This document shows, in pieces, positions 40,301-48,949 of a stretch of 64,000 nt of DNA (positions are counted from its first letter, which is position 1; each line of letters begins with the position of its first letter). Origin of the DNA: a virus (Duplodnaviria; Caudoviricetes). The stretch spans positions 32,001 to 96,000 of IMG/VR virus record IMGVR_UViG_3300021431_000086. The stretch is one strand, 5' to 3'. The notes beneath the pieces are model-generated. The model was given only the letters and a program-made list of their open reading frames with translations. It was not told the DNA's origin and ran no database searches. The position numbers and the translations under genes are program-made.

Positions 40301-40849
40301 TATGGCATTATATACTCTCTACTCGACAACAAAGGCAAAGCCCACGACGTGTTGTTCACTCCAATCAAAAATAACGGGGACGTCTTGACCCCAAGTGAAA
40401 TGGAAAACTATGCAACATATTTCAATGGTTTTTCCATGGGTTTTGCATCTTCGTATGACCATGAGGCTTACGCCTTGATGATAGATATTGACACATCGGA
40501 GAGCAGGTCTTCGCTCCTGCAGGAACTACAGGTAATGTACTATGCCGATAGCACGGAGAATATACAGCCAATAAGTGTAAAAGACAATCCGCGCTATCTT
40601 GACATCACAACGCCGAATCTGCGCGGCCGGGGCTTGTGTGACAAATTCTACAAGGAATACAGCTATTGGATGAGGAATGCACGCATCGCCAGGAGGAAAG
40701 TTCCCATAGGGATGGCGCAGCTGCTCTCCATTGATAAAACGGTACGTGTCAACGTGGGTGACATTACAGGTTTTATTCTGAAAATGCAATACACCGTAAG
40801 CAACAAGACGGGACTGGGAATGGTTGAAATGGATATTATGTACATCTAA
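37313..40849 (+). CDS. putative tail tip / baseplate hub protein
   Basis: About 1178 aa; N-terminal 'SITITDTSEIF..G..WSHSFSLNIPAN..IFG' and C-terminal 'GL..KFYKEY..W' as in Bacteroidota phage tail proteins. Confidence 0.6.
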   Translation: MEHLSLEIFDREGTGSKYAWLPEDASITITDTSEIFASGDVWSHSFSLNIPANVHIFGTSGDLHGSRLHDQINKRKARLWVEGLPLYMGYLMLDDEVDVDENGNVDVRFESGNKTFDEMIKGTKAREVSVGDVVIGVALNRKRVVGIKRPCGVFRLDGLAAYVAKNHHHEGLDGYFCYFSVGKYDEWVRTPYAQRWPKLVKSHGNIYDSNGIAENKDYTNVQMPYDAGHPFCNINICYPLKATKITDGQSEEVAGRGYTIRLAHGTATTDGGDRQTRFNNSPNFYLLHFVDRLFKDLGIHVAENQALNVEDLRRVFMLNYGCHYEEIEDEYEDDEMDSHATPRKKVGRYGQFYLPLIQTGSGRAGGYLPVAGWENAGKQVLADEEIIGKALLRDLVLKERGSVIQNFGSVECRIATAQSNIPSFPFEGGLQFELIKDEHEEETGGYSAYLAYATGENYPNVEISEIVNAMKSMFGIRLIFDSDYSTVRIVLLRNILRNSDVQHINCDVLPAIKQENNIRGFRMTYGKGSDSTSFYYKGFADLFVRSAKIWKDTTDKHDYSKWNLDADYDIINSQVSAFNKTCYVTPVNGNAYGVQVDEDEDVLFPSLFEWAGFMDAEDGDCSGADETVEEIQCVAAPVIMNEINGTYASLFDSDLKAPSGAAQKIGTFARATYQPQELTNETVYAGMDIASNYTISGKLEIFLSEGFQIRMLDNYAISNGGTPFDEADPGLCFGIMRGSGSDAHVRYYEDQDDGEENDAWEIVPGNGAIVHPDTCDSYGNEWDYDGATGYKRVCTSPADAVEAMSAMFPDTHFSLTTRSSSTYMTGFFLPAVTDNTGKSHTLLMAGATKDQSPLMPGIMRQQYINDLQGKSIEQILEWDTNHYNLLIETDSSRERAQTLLNLQKLAYSNGGPVTVSGGTDVSQGRFSLKLRAEKLNPNFDPNRPEYRTVETKAEAAETMTEMFEGSNADLLNRPKISGTVMRAKGWDVNEDGYFTLYGIIYSLLDNKGKAHDVLFTPIKNNGDVLTPSEMENYATYFNGFSMGFASSYDHEAYALMIDIDTSESRSSLLQELQVMYYADSTENIQPISVKDNPRYLDITTPNLRGRGLCDKFYKEYSYWMRNARIARRKVPIGMAQLLSIDKTVRVNVGDITGFILKMQYTVSNKTGLGMVEMDIMYI

Positions 40850-40879
40850 AAAGCGATTACATCGCAGTATAGACACTGT

Positions 40880-42016
40880 ATGGCACAAAACATAGTAACG
40901 ATTTCAGGGATGTTCGGCGACGACAAGACATATTTTGCCGGCTCACCCGTAGTGATAGGCATTCATGGGCTGGAATGGCCTGAAAGCAGTCCGTTCACAA
41001 TCGTACATATCGAGGTTTTATATGACAACAATATAGTGGGCAGCTTCCGGGCCGATGCTGGAGGACAGACTGAAGTCAGCATTGATATTGGCTCTGCCCT
41101 CCGGGCAATATGGAGCGACTATACATTTGCCAAGGAGGTTGAAGCGGCGAACAATGCTGCAGAATCCGCTGCATCTGGAGTATTCACCCCAAGCGGAGGG
41201 AGCGACTTCGATGCAAATGGGATTAGAAAATACCGCACATATTACCTGCGGATTAGCACTGAGTATTTGTCCAGCGATGACGGCGGCGTGTTCACTGTCA
41301 CGCAGTGTGTTGACCAGAACGGGAACACGAACATACCAGGGGGGAGGTGCATGATTGGGTGGCTCACGGAATGGGAACGCAGCAACATCGTGGACGAAGC
41401 GGATGCCGACGCCTCTCATCTGGAAAATACGAACCAGCGCGACGGAGACGCCAGCACAAAGCCGACAAGCACACCTGAACGGGTTGGCAGCCAGAGCATC
41501 ACATCCTGGGTGGATGTGAGCAACAACGGGACGCAATGTGTGTTCTATGCTCACGAAAACGGCTCACCCGACAGCCCCGCCTCCCATGCACCGATTGTAC
41601 TACGCGATAGCATTCCATACACAGACTTTCTCTTCATCAACCGTCGCGGAGCCATCGAAACATGCAGCGGCATGACGAAGGAGACTATGGAAATAGACGT
41701 GAACGTCACACAATATGCTCGCGTGGAACAACCTACGTTCCGCCCCAGCCGAAGTCTGATGGCCTTCGGCACCGACGGCAGACGGTCGTGGCAGATGTCC
41801 AGCGGCTACGTTACCCGCGAGTGGGCCGACTGGTGGACAATGGAGTTCCTGAGCGGTAAGCGCAAGCAGTGGTGGATGCGCTACCGGCGCGACGGCAGAG
41901 ACATGTTTGTTCCCGTCATCGTAAAGCCCGCCAAGAACAGCGTCAGCATCTACGACAAGACAAAACAGCAGATGCCGCATGTGGACTTCACAGTGACACT
42001 GGCGCTGGAGGGGTAG
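40880..42016 (+). CDS. putative distal tail-like structural protein
   Basis: 378 aa; C-terminal FLFINRRGAIET...SSGYV...W..EFLS. Confidence 0.55.
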   Translation: MAQNIVTISGMFGDDKTYFAGSPVVIGIHGLEWPESSPFTIVHIEVLYDNNIVGSFRADAGGQTEVSIDIGSALRAIWSDYTFAKEVEAANNAAESAASGVFTPSGGSDFDANGIRKYRTYYLRISTEYLSSDDGGVFTVTQCVDQNGNTNIPGGRCMIGWLTEWERSNIVDEADADASHLENTNQRDGDASTKPTSTPERVGSQSITSWVDVSNNGTQCVFYAHENGSPDSPASHAPIVLRDSIPYTDFLFINRRGAIETCSGMTKETMEIDVNVTQYARVEQPTFRPSRSLMAFGTDGRRSWQMSSGYVTREWADWWTMEFLSGKRKQWWMRYRRDGRDMFVPVIVKPAKNSVSIYDKTKQQMPHVDFTVTLALEG

Positions 42017-42017
42017 G

Positions 42018-42055
42018 CTGCCCTTGATTTTTGTGGGCGATATTTCGATATTGCG
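42018..42055 (+). promoter_or_regulatory. late-promoter-like motif copy 8
   Basis: CTGCCCTTGA-N19-GATATTGCG, ends 24 nt before ATG 42080. Confidence 0.72.
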
Positions 42056-42079
42056 ATATAACGTAATAACGCAAAGACT

Positions 42080-42529
42080 ATGACCGAAATCATTATCACG
42101 GCGCTTCTGAGTGCCATTACCAGCGGAGGACTGGCCAGCATTTTCACCCTACGCGCAGCAAGGCGAAAGGCCGACGCCGACGCCATGCAGTCGGTACAGG
42201 ATGTCTATCAACAGGCCCTGGCCGACCAGCAGAATTACATCGGCAAGTTGAAAGAAACGCGCGACCACCTGGTAACCGACCGTGAGGAGATGCGCCGCGA
42301 GAACAACGAGTTGCGGGAACGCCTAAACAACATGGATGAGAAAGTACGACAACTGGAATACGACGTGGCCCGCAATGGTAGAATGATGACCGCCCTGCGC
42401 CCTTTCCTTTGTGGTCGGTTGGATTGCCCCAACCGGACGATGGTGGACCTGGGCAAAGCCACAGAGGTTGACGATGTGGAGCCTGCCGTGACATCGCACC
42501 CCAACCGCGCCCGCAAGGTCAAGAAATAG
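42080..42529 (+). CDS. membrane-anchored coiled-coil protein (holin/spanin-like lysis candidate)
   Basis: N-terminal TM segment (IIITALLSAITSGGLASIFTL), coiled coil, C-terminal C...DC..R. Confidence 0.6.
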   Translation: MTEIIITALLSAITSGGLASIFTLRAARRKADADAMQSVQDVYQQALADQQNYIGKLKETRDHLVTDREEMRRENNELRERLNNMDEKVRQLEYDVARNGRMMTALRPFLCGRLDCPNRTMVDLGKATEVDDVEPAVTSHPNRARKVKK

Positions 42530-42572
42530 TATCGTAGCACTTTACGTTCTTCATGGGTTTTTAAGTTAGTTA

Positions 42573-42619
42573 ATGCAAAAGGCCGCCGTCCGTAAGGATA
42601 GCGGCTTTTTGCATTTTTC
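42573..42619. terminator. bidirectional intrinsic terminator between convergent late and early regions
   Basis: ATGCAAAAGGCCGC-CGTCC-GTAA-GGATA-GCGGCTTTTTGCAT. Confidence 0.75.
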
Positions 42620-42650
42620 TCGCGGAGTAGCGCGAGGCTCGGTGGCAAGG

Positions 42651-42989
42651 TCAGTCGAAACCGAAGGCGTGGTCCAATTCCTCCGTAGCTGGGTCGGCTG
42701 GACTGGGGCGAAGGTGGGCTGGCATGACCGTGGGTTCAAGAAGAAAACGTGGCAGCCATGCTTCGTCTGGACGAACGCCGGGAGTGTCGCAGAAGCGAAT
42801 GCGGAGGTGACCGTGCCGTTCATCGACCGCCTCTCCCACGCGGTCGCGCCAATGGCGGACAAGGGCGAGCAGGGCACGGCGGTAGTCGTGTATGGACTCG
42901 TAGCCATGCAGCAGGTGATCGTCGAGCGGCGCGTTCCGAAGGTCGGGTAGCACGCGGTAGAATGTGGGGATAGTCTCTGTTTTCGTCAT
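42651..42989 (-). CDS. hypothetical protein (MTKTETIPTF...)
   Basis: Last gene of the minus-strand operon before the terminator. Confidence 0.6.
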   Translation of the reverse strand: MTKTETIPTFYRVLPDLRNAPLDDHLLHGYESIHDYRRALLALVRHWRDRVGEAVDERHGHLRIRFCDTPGVRPDEAWLPRFLLEPTVMPAHLRPSPADPATEELDHAFGFD

Positions 42990-43021
42990 GTCGTTATTTG
43001 TTATGCCAAGATTTCGTCGGT

Positions 43022-43333
43022 TTACCATGTTTCCATCTGGTCGAACGCATCGGCTGCCTGCAGGGGCGGCTGTGGCGTTCCGGCTGTTTTTGCAGATATA
43101 TCCTCCTCTGGCTCGTCCTCCCAACGCCTGTGGTTAAGATACCCTTGAGCATACATGCGGCTGATGCCGCGTTTCTTGCAGTCCTCACAATAGCGGTCAA
43201 TGCCGTTGATTGCGGCTTGCTTGTCTTTAGCGGGGAGACGGTTCCATGCCCGCTCGGCGGCTATCTTGTCGCGCTTCAGAGCATAGAGATTCCAGAACTC
43301 GGCAAAGGTGGGAGCGTTCTTTTCTTTCGTCAT
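43022..43333 (-). CDS. small protein resembling the C-terminal domain of phage replication initiators
   Basis: F.EFW.LY..KRDK..AERAW.RL...YLN.RRWEDE. Confidence 0.55.
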   Translation of the reverse strand: MTKEKNAPTFAEFWNLYALKRDKIAAERAWNRLPAKDKQAAINGIDRYCEDCKKRGISRMYAQGYLNHRRWEDEPEEDISAKTAGTPQPPLQAADAFDQMETW

Positions 43334-43337
43334 TACG

Positions 43338-43736
43338 TTATTTCGTTGTTTTGTCATTGTAGCTGATTACTTCGATGCAGTCGCTCTTCTTCCAGGGGGA
43401 GAACCAGCGGCGTCTGCGGGTGAGCAGGAGGGTGTAGAGCAGGTCGTGGGGTGGTTCTTCCTGCACGACATGGAGGGCGAAAGGGGCGTTGTTGTAGTCC
43501 CATCCTGACCGAGGTGGCAGGTAGGCGGCATAGGCGCGGAGGCGGCGCACCGTTTCAGGTATATCGATCTCGATTTGTTGCACTGGGTTGTCGCCGGGGG
43601 TCATGGCGTGCAGGGCAGCACGGGTCACGTATGCCTCATGCTTGTCCTGCTTCATTTCGAGAAAACCCTGCTGCTCGTACTGATGCAGCATCTCGAAGTA
43701 GTCGAGCCAGGGGTGAAGGTCTTTATGCTTGCTCAT
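43338..43736 (-). CDS. hypothetical protein (MSKHKDLHPW...)
   Basis: Start overlaps the end of the DUF4494-like gene. Confidence 0.6.
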   Translation of the reverse strand: MSKHKDLHPWLDYFEMLHQYEQQGFLEMKQDKHEAYVTRAALHAMTPGDNPVQQIEIDIPETVRRLRAYAAYLPPRSGWDYNNAPFALHVVQEEPPHDLLYTLLLTRRRRWFSPWKKSDCIEVISYNDKTTK

Positions 43737-44301
43737 TGTCGGAGGAGGGTGCTTTGTGGAGATACACGTCGAGGATTTTTGTCTCGCTGATGTTCGACTT
43801 CTCATAGTCAATCATCGTGCCTTGCATGGCGACGTTGATGTTCTGCACGGCATTGTCGAGCGAGGTTGCCTGCACGAGGTAGGTCACGCTGGTGCGCTTC
43901 TCCTTGGCAGTCTTATCGTCGAGCGTAATGAAGGCGAGCTTGGCCTTGAACCAGCGGGAGTCGGAGTTGTTCTGCTGCTCCAAGGGGCGGTGAAATACTT
44001 TCTTTGCCACCAGGAAATCTCCTTTCTGGAATGCACGAGTCATTTCCTCCACTTCGTTTTGGAATTTCTTGGCAACGTCAGACATGAGGATAATTTCCTT
44101 GTAGGCGGCCTTCTTTACGTCGGTTACTTCAAACTCGCCACTGAAGTATTGTTTCATTTCCTCAATGAAACGTGTCTCTGCTTCGCTGAACGAGAGGGCT
44201 TCGACGACGTACTGTTCTGTCACTTTCTTCTGCAGGCCGTTCTCCTGCGTTTGGTCGTAGCGCACCTTGCACTCGAACCAGGTTGATGTAATTGTTTTCA
44301 T
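43723..44301 (-). CDS. DUF4494-family protein
   Basis: WFECKVRY...ENG.QKKVTEQYVVEALSFSEAE.R...RWFKAKL.FITLD.KT.KEK...ETKILDV. Confidence 0.8.
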   Translation of the reverse strand: MKTITSTWFECKVRYDQTQENGLQKKVTEQYVVEALSFSEAETRFIEEMKQYFSGEFEVTDVKKAAYKEIILMSDVAKKFQNEVEEMTRAFQKGDFLVAKKVFHRPLEQQNNSDSRWFKAKLAFITLDDKTAKEKRTSVTYLVQATSLDNAVQNINVAMQGTMIDYEKSNISETKILDVYLHKAPSSDNEQA

Positions 44302-44313
44302 TGTTTGTTGTTT

Positions 44314-46011
44314 TTATTTGTTTATATTCTTCAGTTTCTTGCTCAGTGCCTCGCAGAGCACACGGCTCATGTTCACTTCCACGGCATTGCCGATGTACTT
44401 CTTCTGCTCGGCCTGGGTGCCTACCAGCACATAGTCGGTGGGGAAGCCCATGATGCGTTTCAGTTCGCCGATGTTGAGCATACGCATACAGATGTCGATG
44501 ATGCCATAGGCGGCCATGAACTCCTTCACCTTTCGTGTCCAGGGACTGTCGCTCTCGTAGATGGCGATGCCCACCGCGCCTTCCTTGGTGGTAATGAGGT
44601 AGGGCGGCATCTTATCCATACGCGCAATGAGCGTAAAACAAGGTTTTTCGACAGAGCCGCCTGCTGATGCAAACTGAGGATTCATCAAGTAATGATACTT
44701 GTGACATGCTGTTATGACTGGTGCCGGCCCATCGATAGATCTTCCGACATTATTGAAGTCGGTGCTCATCACCCACGGCTTGCAGGTAACAATTTTCTGT
44801 TTTGGCGTAGTGAGCACGGCGGGGTTCGGCTGTTCAATGCTGGAGAGCTGACCGCCGCCGCTATATTCGTTGGCGATGAACTTCGTGCTCACCAGAGAAA
44901 TCCTGTCCTTCGTGGTCACGGTGGGTGCAGGTGCGTCAACCGATGAGTTGTAGCCGTTCCCGTAGTAAGCCGTCACGAAGGCGTGGTGGTCGATGGTGGT
45001 CACGGTGCCGGCCGGCTGCTCGATGTCGATGTTCTTGCTCTCCGGGTCGCCGCTGAACTGCTTCGAGAGGAACTGGCACTTCACCAGTCCGAGGCGGTTC
45101 TGGCAGGCCACCGTGGGACACGGCTCGTCAATAGAGGGTGCGTTGTGGTGGTTCTGCCGATTCATGGAGTTGTACTTCAATATCCATGCCTCGTGCTGCT
45201 TCTTGCCTCCGGCTACGAACTTCACCAGCCCTGCATAGATGCGCTCCAGCGTCTTCTCGCAGAGGGGCTTCTTGCGGGTGAAGATGCTCTCGCCGTCGTC
45301 GTCGAGGTCGAGCACGTCGCGCACAGCCTTCCACTTGTGGTACATGCGGAACATGCCGCCCTCGTCACCGTTCTTGGCGTAGGTCTGTTCGGGGAAGGCT
45401 ATCGGAAGTCCCTTCTTGGCGAACTGCCCGAAGAACCGCTTGCGCGAGGTGTAGGCCCCAAAGTCGGCGGCGTTCAGGATGCGCCAGTCGAAGTTGTAGC
45501 CGTATTCGCATACGTTCTTCACCCACCTCAGGTAGTCGCTGCCTTGGTCCTTGCTCACGGGCTTGCCGTTCTCGTCGAGTGCGCCCCAGCACATGAACTC
45601 CTCCACATTCTCAATCTGGATATAGTCTGTGTCAAGTACTTCAATGTAGCGAAACAGATGCTCGGCCAGCGTGCGGCTGTCGGCGTCGCGTGGCTGTCCG
45701 CCCTTGGCTTTTGAGAAATTGGTACATTCCAGTGATGCCCACAGCACCACCTTCGCTTCGGGGTATTTTTCTTTCATCTTCCGTAGGTGATTCAACATCG
45801 GGGTCAGCTCCAGCGTGCGGATGTCCTCAGTGAAGTGGAGCGTGTGCGGATGGTTGGCCTGGTGTGAGAGTATTGCGTTCTTGTCGTGGTTGACGCATGC
45901 TATCACCTCGGCGCACTTCCTGCCATCCACACGGGCATACTCCACGCCGCTTGACGTGCCGCCCGCCCCGCAGAAGAGGTCGATGTATAGTAGAGTTATA
46001 TTATTTTTCAT
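44314..46011 (-). CDS. dcm: C5-cytosine DNA methyltransferase
   Basis: Motif I IDLFCGAGG, motif IV ASLECTNFSKAKG, motif VI IENVEEF, motif VIII TSRKRFF, motifs IX-X RML...MGFP..Y...QKKYIGNAV. Confidence 0.9.
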   Translation of the reverse strand: MKNNITLLYIDLFCGAGGTSSGVEYARVDGRKCAEVIACVNHDKNAILSHQANHPHTLHFTEDIRTLELTPMLNHLRKMKEKYPEAKVVLWASLECTNFSKAKGGQPRDADSRTLAEHLFRYIEVLDTDYIQIENVEEFMCWGALDENGKPVSKDQGSDYLRWVKNVCEYGYNFDWRILNAADFGAYTSRKRFFGQFAKKGLPIAFPEQTYAKNGDEGGMFRMYHKWKAVRDVLDLDDDGESIFTRKKPLCEKTLERIYAGLVKFVAGGKKQHEAWILKYNSMNRQNHHNAPSIDEPCPTVACQNRLGLVKCQFLSKQFSGDPESKNIDIEQPAGTVTTIDHHAFVTAYYGNGYNSSVDAPAPTVTTKDRISLVSTKFIANEYSGGGQLSSIEQPNPAVLTTPKQKIVTCKPWVMSTDFNNVGRSIDGPAPVITACHKYHYLMNPQFASAGGSVEKPCFTLIARMDKMPPYLITTKEGAVGIAIYESDSPWTRKVKEFMAAYGIIDICMRMLNIGELKRIMGFPTDYVLVGTQAEQKKYIGNAVEVNMSRVLCEALSKKLKNINK

Positions 46012-46067
46012 GTTAAAAATTTAGACTTAATTGTACTGGCGTTTTTGGCTGTTTTGCTTTTGTTTTC

Positions 46068-46760
46068 TCAGTCCTCCTTATACTTCTTTATCACTTCATC
46101 GCAGATGCGGAGCACGCGCTCCACCTTGTCGAGGTCCAGCCAGTCGTCGGTGCGCACGCCGCTCTCCATGTCAATCCAGAACTCACCGTGGCGGACGTTC
46201 TCAAAGAGGTAGCGCAGTTTGTCGGCCACGTTCTCCGCGTTGATGCCGCCGGCATAACCAACCTTACCGTCACATTTGAGGATTTCAATGGGAGTATTTA
46301 TACCCTGTCCGCCAGAGGCATCAAGCAGGATAGATGTATTCACCCACTTGCTTCGCTCATAAAATTCGATGTCATGAATGCCTCTCTGCTGGATAATAAC
46401 CTCGGTATGATTATAGGGCGTGCTTGCAAGCCTATACGGGATATCAGCCCGGTTGGCTATGTTCAGTTGAACGCGTTTGAACAGTCCAAGGCAATAATTT
46501 AAATGCTTACAGAGTCTATACCAATACCCGTCCGCTGCGTCAGAAGCTGCACGGCCGCATACGTGCAAAGCAAGGTTCAGCCTCTGTCCCCACAGATTGC
46601 AAAGGAACTGCGGATTGATATATCGGTTGCCGTTCTCATACCAGTGGTAGCTCGTCAGCACGCCGAACTCTGCCAACGGCCAACACTCTTGAATCTTCTT
46701 CAGTCGCTCGATGTCGGTACGGGCATCTACGCCAGTGAATGTAATGTGTTTTAGTCTCAT
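46068..46760 (-). CDS. phosphoribosylanthranilate-isomerase (TrpF)-like TIM-barrel protein
   Basis: LLDASGGQG...GYAGGINAENV...WIDMESGVRT...DLDKV resembles the TrpF C-terminal phosphate-binding motifs. Confidence 0.65.
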   Translation of the reverse strand: MRLKHITFTGVDARTDIERLKKIQECWPLAEFGVLTSYHWYENGNRYINPQFLCNLWGQRLNLALHVCGRAASDAADGYWYRLCKHLNYCLGLFKRVQLNIANRADIPYRLASTPYNHTEVIIQQRGIHDIEFYERSKWVNTSILLDASGGQGINTPIEILKCDGKVGYAGGINAENVADKLRYLFENVRHGEFWIDMESGVRTDDWLDLDKVERVLRICDEVIKKYKED

Positions 46761-46773
46761 ATCGCCTTATTAT

Positions 46774-46971
46774 TTATTGTTTTTTATTATTCCATGCGTC
46801 GAAGATGTCTCTGCCTTCTTTGACGCCGAAGATGGTAGTAATGGCTTTCAGTTTCTCCCTGTCTAAGCATTTGCGGCAGTAGGGGTGGCTGGGGATGTCG
46901 GGGTCGATGACGGGCCAAAAGGCCACTGCCTGTGCGCCACATTTGCAGCATTTGCATTCCGAGGCTTTCAT
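46774..46971 (-). CDS. small Cys-rich (zinc-binding) protein
   Basis: CCKCG...YCRKC. Confidence 0.6.
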   Translation of the reverse strand: MKASECKCCKCGAQAVAFWPVIDPDIPSHPYCRKCLDREKLKAITTIFGVKEGRDIFDAWNNKKQ

Positions 46972-46974
46972 ACG

Positions 46975-47229
46975 TCAGTCCTCCTTGCCTTTATCTATCA
47001 GCACCATCTTGAAGATGGGCTTGTCGCCGTCGGTGATTACCACGGTGTCGGTGTTGTGTTCGTCACAATAGTTGCGCAGATAAAACTCAGAGAGTCCAAT
47101 CATTTCGCCCTCGGTGATAGGTCGGCGGTCTTGGCTCATGGTCTGATGGCCGTGCTTGGTGGGTTTCTTTTTCTTGGCGAGATAGGCATTGGCGAATCCC
47201 GTCACGATGATGTAATCTGTTGCTGCCAT
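46975..47229 (-). CDS. hypothetical phage protein
   Basis: 84-aa ORF packed in the array, AACTATG start. Confidence 0.65.
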   Translation of the reverse strand: MAATDYIIVTGFANAYLAKKKKPTKHGHQTMSQDRRPITEGEMIGLSEFYLRNYCDEHNTDTVVITDGDKPIFKMVLIDKGKED

Positions 47230-47240
47230 AGTTACTTTAA

Positions 47241-47531
47241 TTATTTATTCTCATTAATTTTTGCCTCCTTTATCGTTTTTAATTTCAGTCCAACCCTCGC
47301 CATAGCGAGTGTATAACTATGTTCTTCCGTCCATTTTATAGCGCGTCCGAAAATGCGTTTTAGAAGATTGTCGATGTATTCCTCCCCATCTTCGCGCACA
47401 TGCACATGGAAAGATAGGCATCGTGCAAGTATTTCCACGCCTACGTCTTCTGCCTCCTCCCAAGACATTCCTTTCATGCGCTGGTCAACGCGCTCGATGG
47501 GGGTCATATCGGATAGTTTCTTTCTGCTCAT
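47241..47531 (-). CDS. hypothetical phage protein
   Basis: 96-aa ORF, overlaps the stop of the upstream gene. Confidence 0.6.
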   Translation of the reverse strand: MSRKKLSDMTPIERVDQRMKGMSWEEAEDVGVEILARCLSFHVHVREDGEEYIDNLLKRIFGRAIKWTEEHSYTLAMARVGLKLKTIKEAKINENK

Positions 47532-47722
47532 AATGCCATATCCGTCTTTAACCCAGCCTTAATCATTTCGTCCATTTGTTCCTTCGACACTTCGATTATC
47601 ACCTTCACGTTTGCGGGCTTCTTTGTCACCTTGTGCTCAACCTTGAAGGGAACATCTTTAAGCCATCCGTTGATGTAACTAATTGCCAACTCTCTCAACA
47701 TTTGTGTTTGTAGTTCATTCAT
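47528..47722 (-). CDS. hypothetical phage protein
   Basis: 64-aa ORF in the array. Confidence 0.55.
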   Translation of the reverse strand: MNELQTQMLRELAISYINGWLKDVPFKVEHKVTKKPANVKVIIEVSKEQMDEMIKAGLKTDMAL

Positions 47723-47767
47723 AACTTACAATTTTTATGGTGCATTTATTCACCATATTTTTTACGT

Positions 47768-48106
47768 TTATTTTGTTTTTATCGCCTGCTCATAGATAAC
47801 TTTAAGCTCTTTATCATCTGCGTGAGGGTGACTATACAGCACCGCCAGGAATTTGTCACGTCCCAGCTTACGGTAATACTTTACAAAGTCCTCACGGCAA
47901 AGGTCGCAGGGTTCTCCAGGTTCAATGGCTTTGTCGCGCCCTGCCTTCTCAGCCTCAATGGAGCATTGGAATATGTCCTTGCCTTCTTTGTTCACGATTA
48001 CATAACGGTGGCCGCCCACCTTGATTTGCCCATAATAACGGGCAATGGAGAATTGGCTGTTAGCCCAGAACTCCTCTGTCATACATATTGGTTTGAAGTC
48101 GTTCAT
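47768..48106 (-). CDS. hypothetical phage protein
   Basis: 112-aa ORF, AACTATG start. Confidence 0.65.
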   Translation of the reverse strand: MNDFKPICMTEEFWANSQFSIARYYGQIKVGGHRYVIVNKEGKDIFQCSIEAEKAGRDKAIEPGEPCDLCREDFVKYYRKLGRDKFLAVLYSHPHADDKELKVIYEQAIKTK

Positions 48107-48125
48107 AGTTTAGTGGTTGTTATTG

Positions 48126-48422
48126 TTATTTCTCCTTCTTATATCTCAACTTGAATGTGATGTGAAACCGATTCCATTTCACGCTGACATACCAATCGTC
48201 AGCCTTCAGCAACCTCTTCCACTCGGTCAGCAATTCCTCATCGTAGTCATATCGGGTACTTAGTTGCAATTTAACCCCGAAGCCTATATCTTCGCCCGTG
48301 TTCATGTTCACAAGTGGCAGTACCTCGTAGTCCCTGATGACTTCAGCATCAAATTGTGCCTTGATTACGCCAATGGCGGCTACTGCGTCTTTCAGCAGAT
48401 TGTCTTTTTCTTTCTCGCTCAT
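48126..48422 (-). CDS. hypothetical phage protein (MSEKEKD...)
   Basis: AAGGAACTATG start context. Confidence 0.6.
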   Translation of the reverse strand: MSEKEKDNLLKDAVAAIGVIKAQFDAEVIRDYEVLPLVNMNTGEDIGFGVKLQLSTRYDYDEELLTEWKRLLKADDWYVSVKWNRFHITFKLRYKKEK

Positions 48423-48499
48423 AGTTCCTTGATTTTTTGTTTTAACACGAATCGCCACGAATGGGCACGAATTAAAAGAGTGAAGAGTGAAGAATTTGG

Positions 48500-48949
48500 C
48501 TACCGCTCGATGACGATTTTCTGATATTCCTCCAGCATACGGTGGTAGCCGTTATCCATGCCCCACCAACGGCCTTCGGTGTCTTGAATGAGCCAGCCGT
48601 TATCTTCGACGATGGTGTGGTTGTCTGACATCTTCACGCTGAGTGTAGGAGTCCGCGACATATCAAACGACCATTCAGCGATGACACCTTCTTTCGCCAA
48701 TTCCTGAAGTTGGTTGAAATTATTGATATGAACTTCAATCTCTCGCTTGACGTGTATCACGGGCAGGTTCTTGAATCGTGCCAGCCGTTGCTCGCGTTGC
48801 CAATGTTCCTTGATAGTCTGAAATGCGCTGAGTGCATAGGTCTGACTCTTGGTGTCGGCTTCGTTGAAGTTCACCATCTTGCCCGGCTCTTCCATCGGTT
48901 CAATTCGGCACACGGCAAAGGCTCCGTTGTAGTCAATTTCGATTTTCAT
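48500..48949 (-). CDS. hypothetical phage protein (MKIEID...)
   Basis: ATGA overlap with the upstream gene. Confidence 0.6.
   Translation of the reverse strand: MKIEIDYNGAFAVCRIEPMEEPGKMVNFNEADTKSQTYALSAFQTIKEHWQREQRLARFKNLPVIHVKREIEVHINNFNQLQELAKEGVIAEWSFDMSRTPTLSVKMSDNHTIVEDNGWLIQDTEGRWWGMDNGYHRMLEEYQKIVIER

Noticed and set aside
42460-42476. CACAGAGGTTGACGATG, nearly identical to the C4-like leader target at 4534-4551
   Set aside because: It is a single gapped match inside a coding region on the strand that would not pair with the RNA loop; probably chance.
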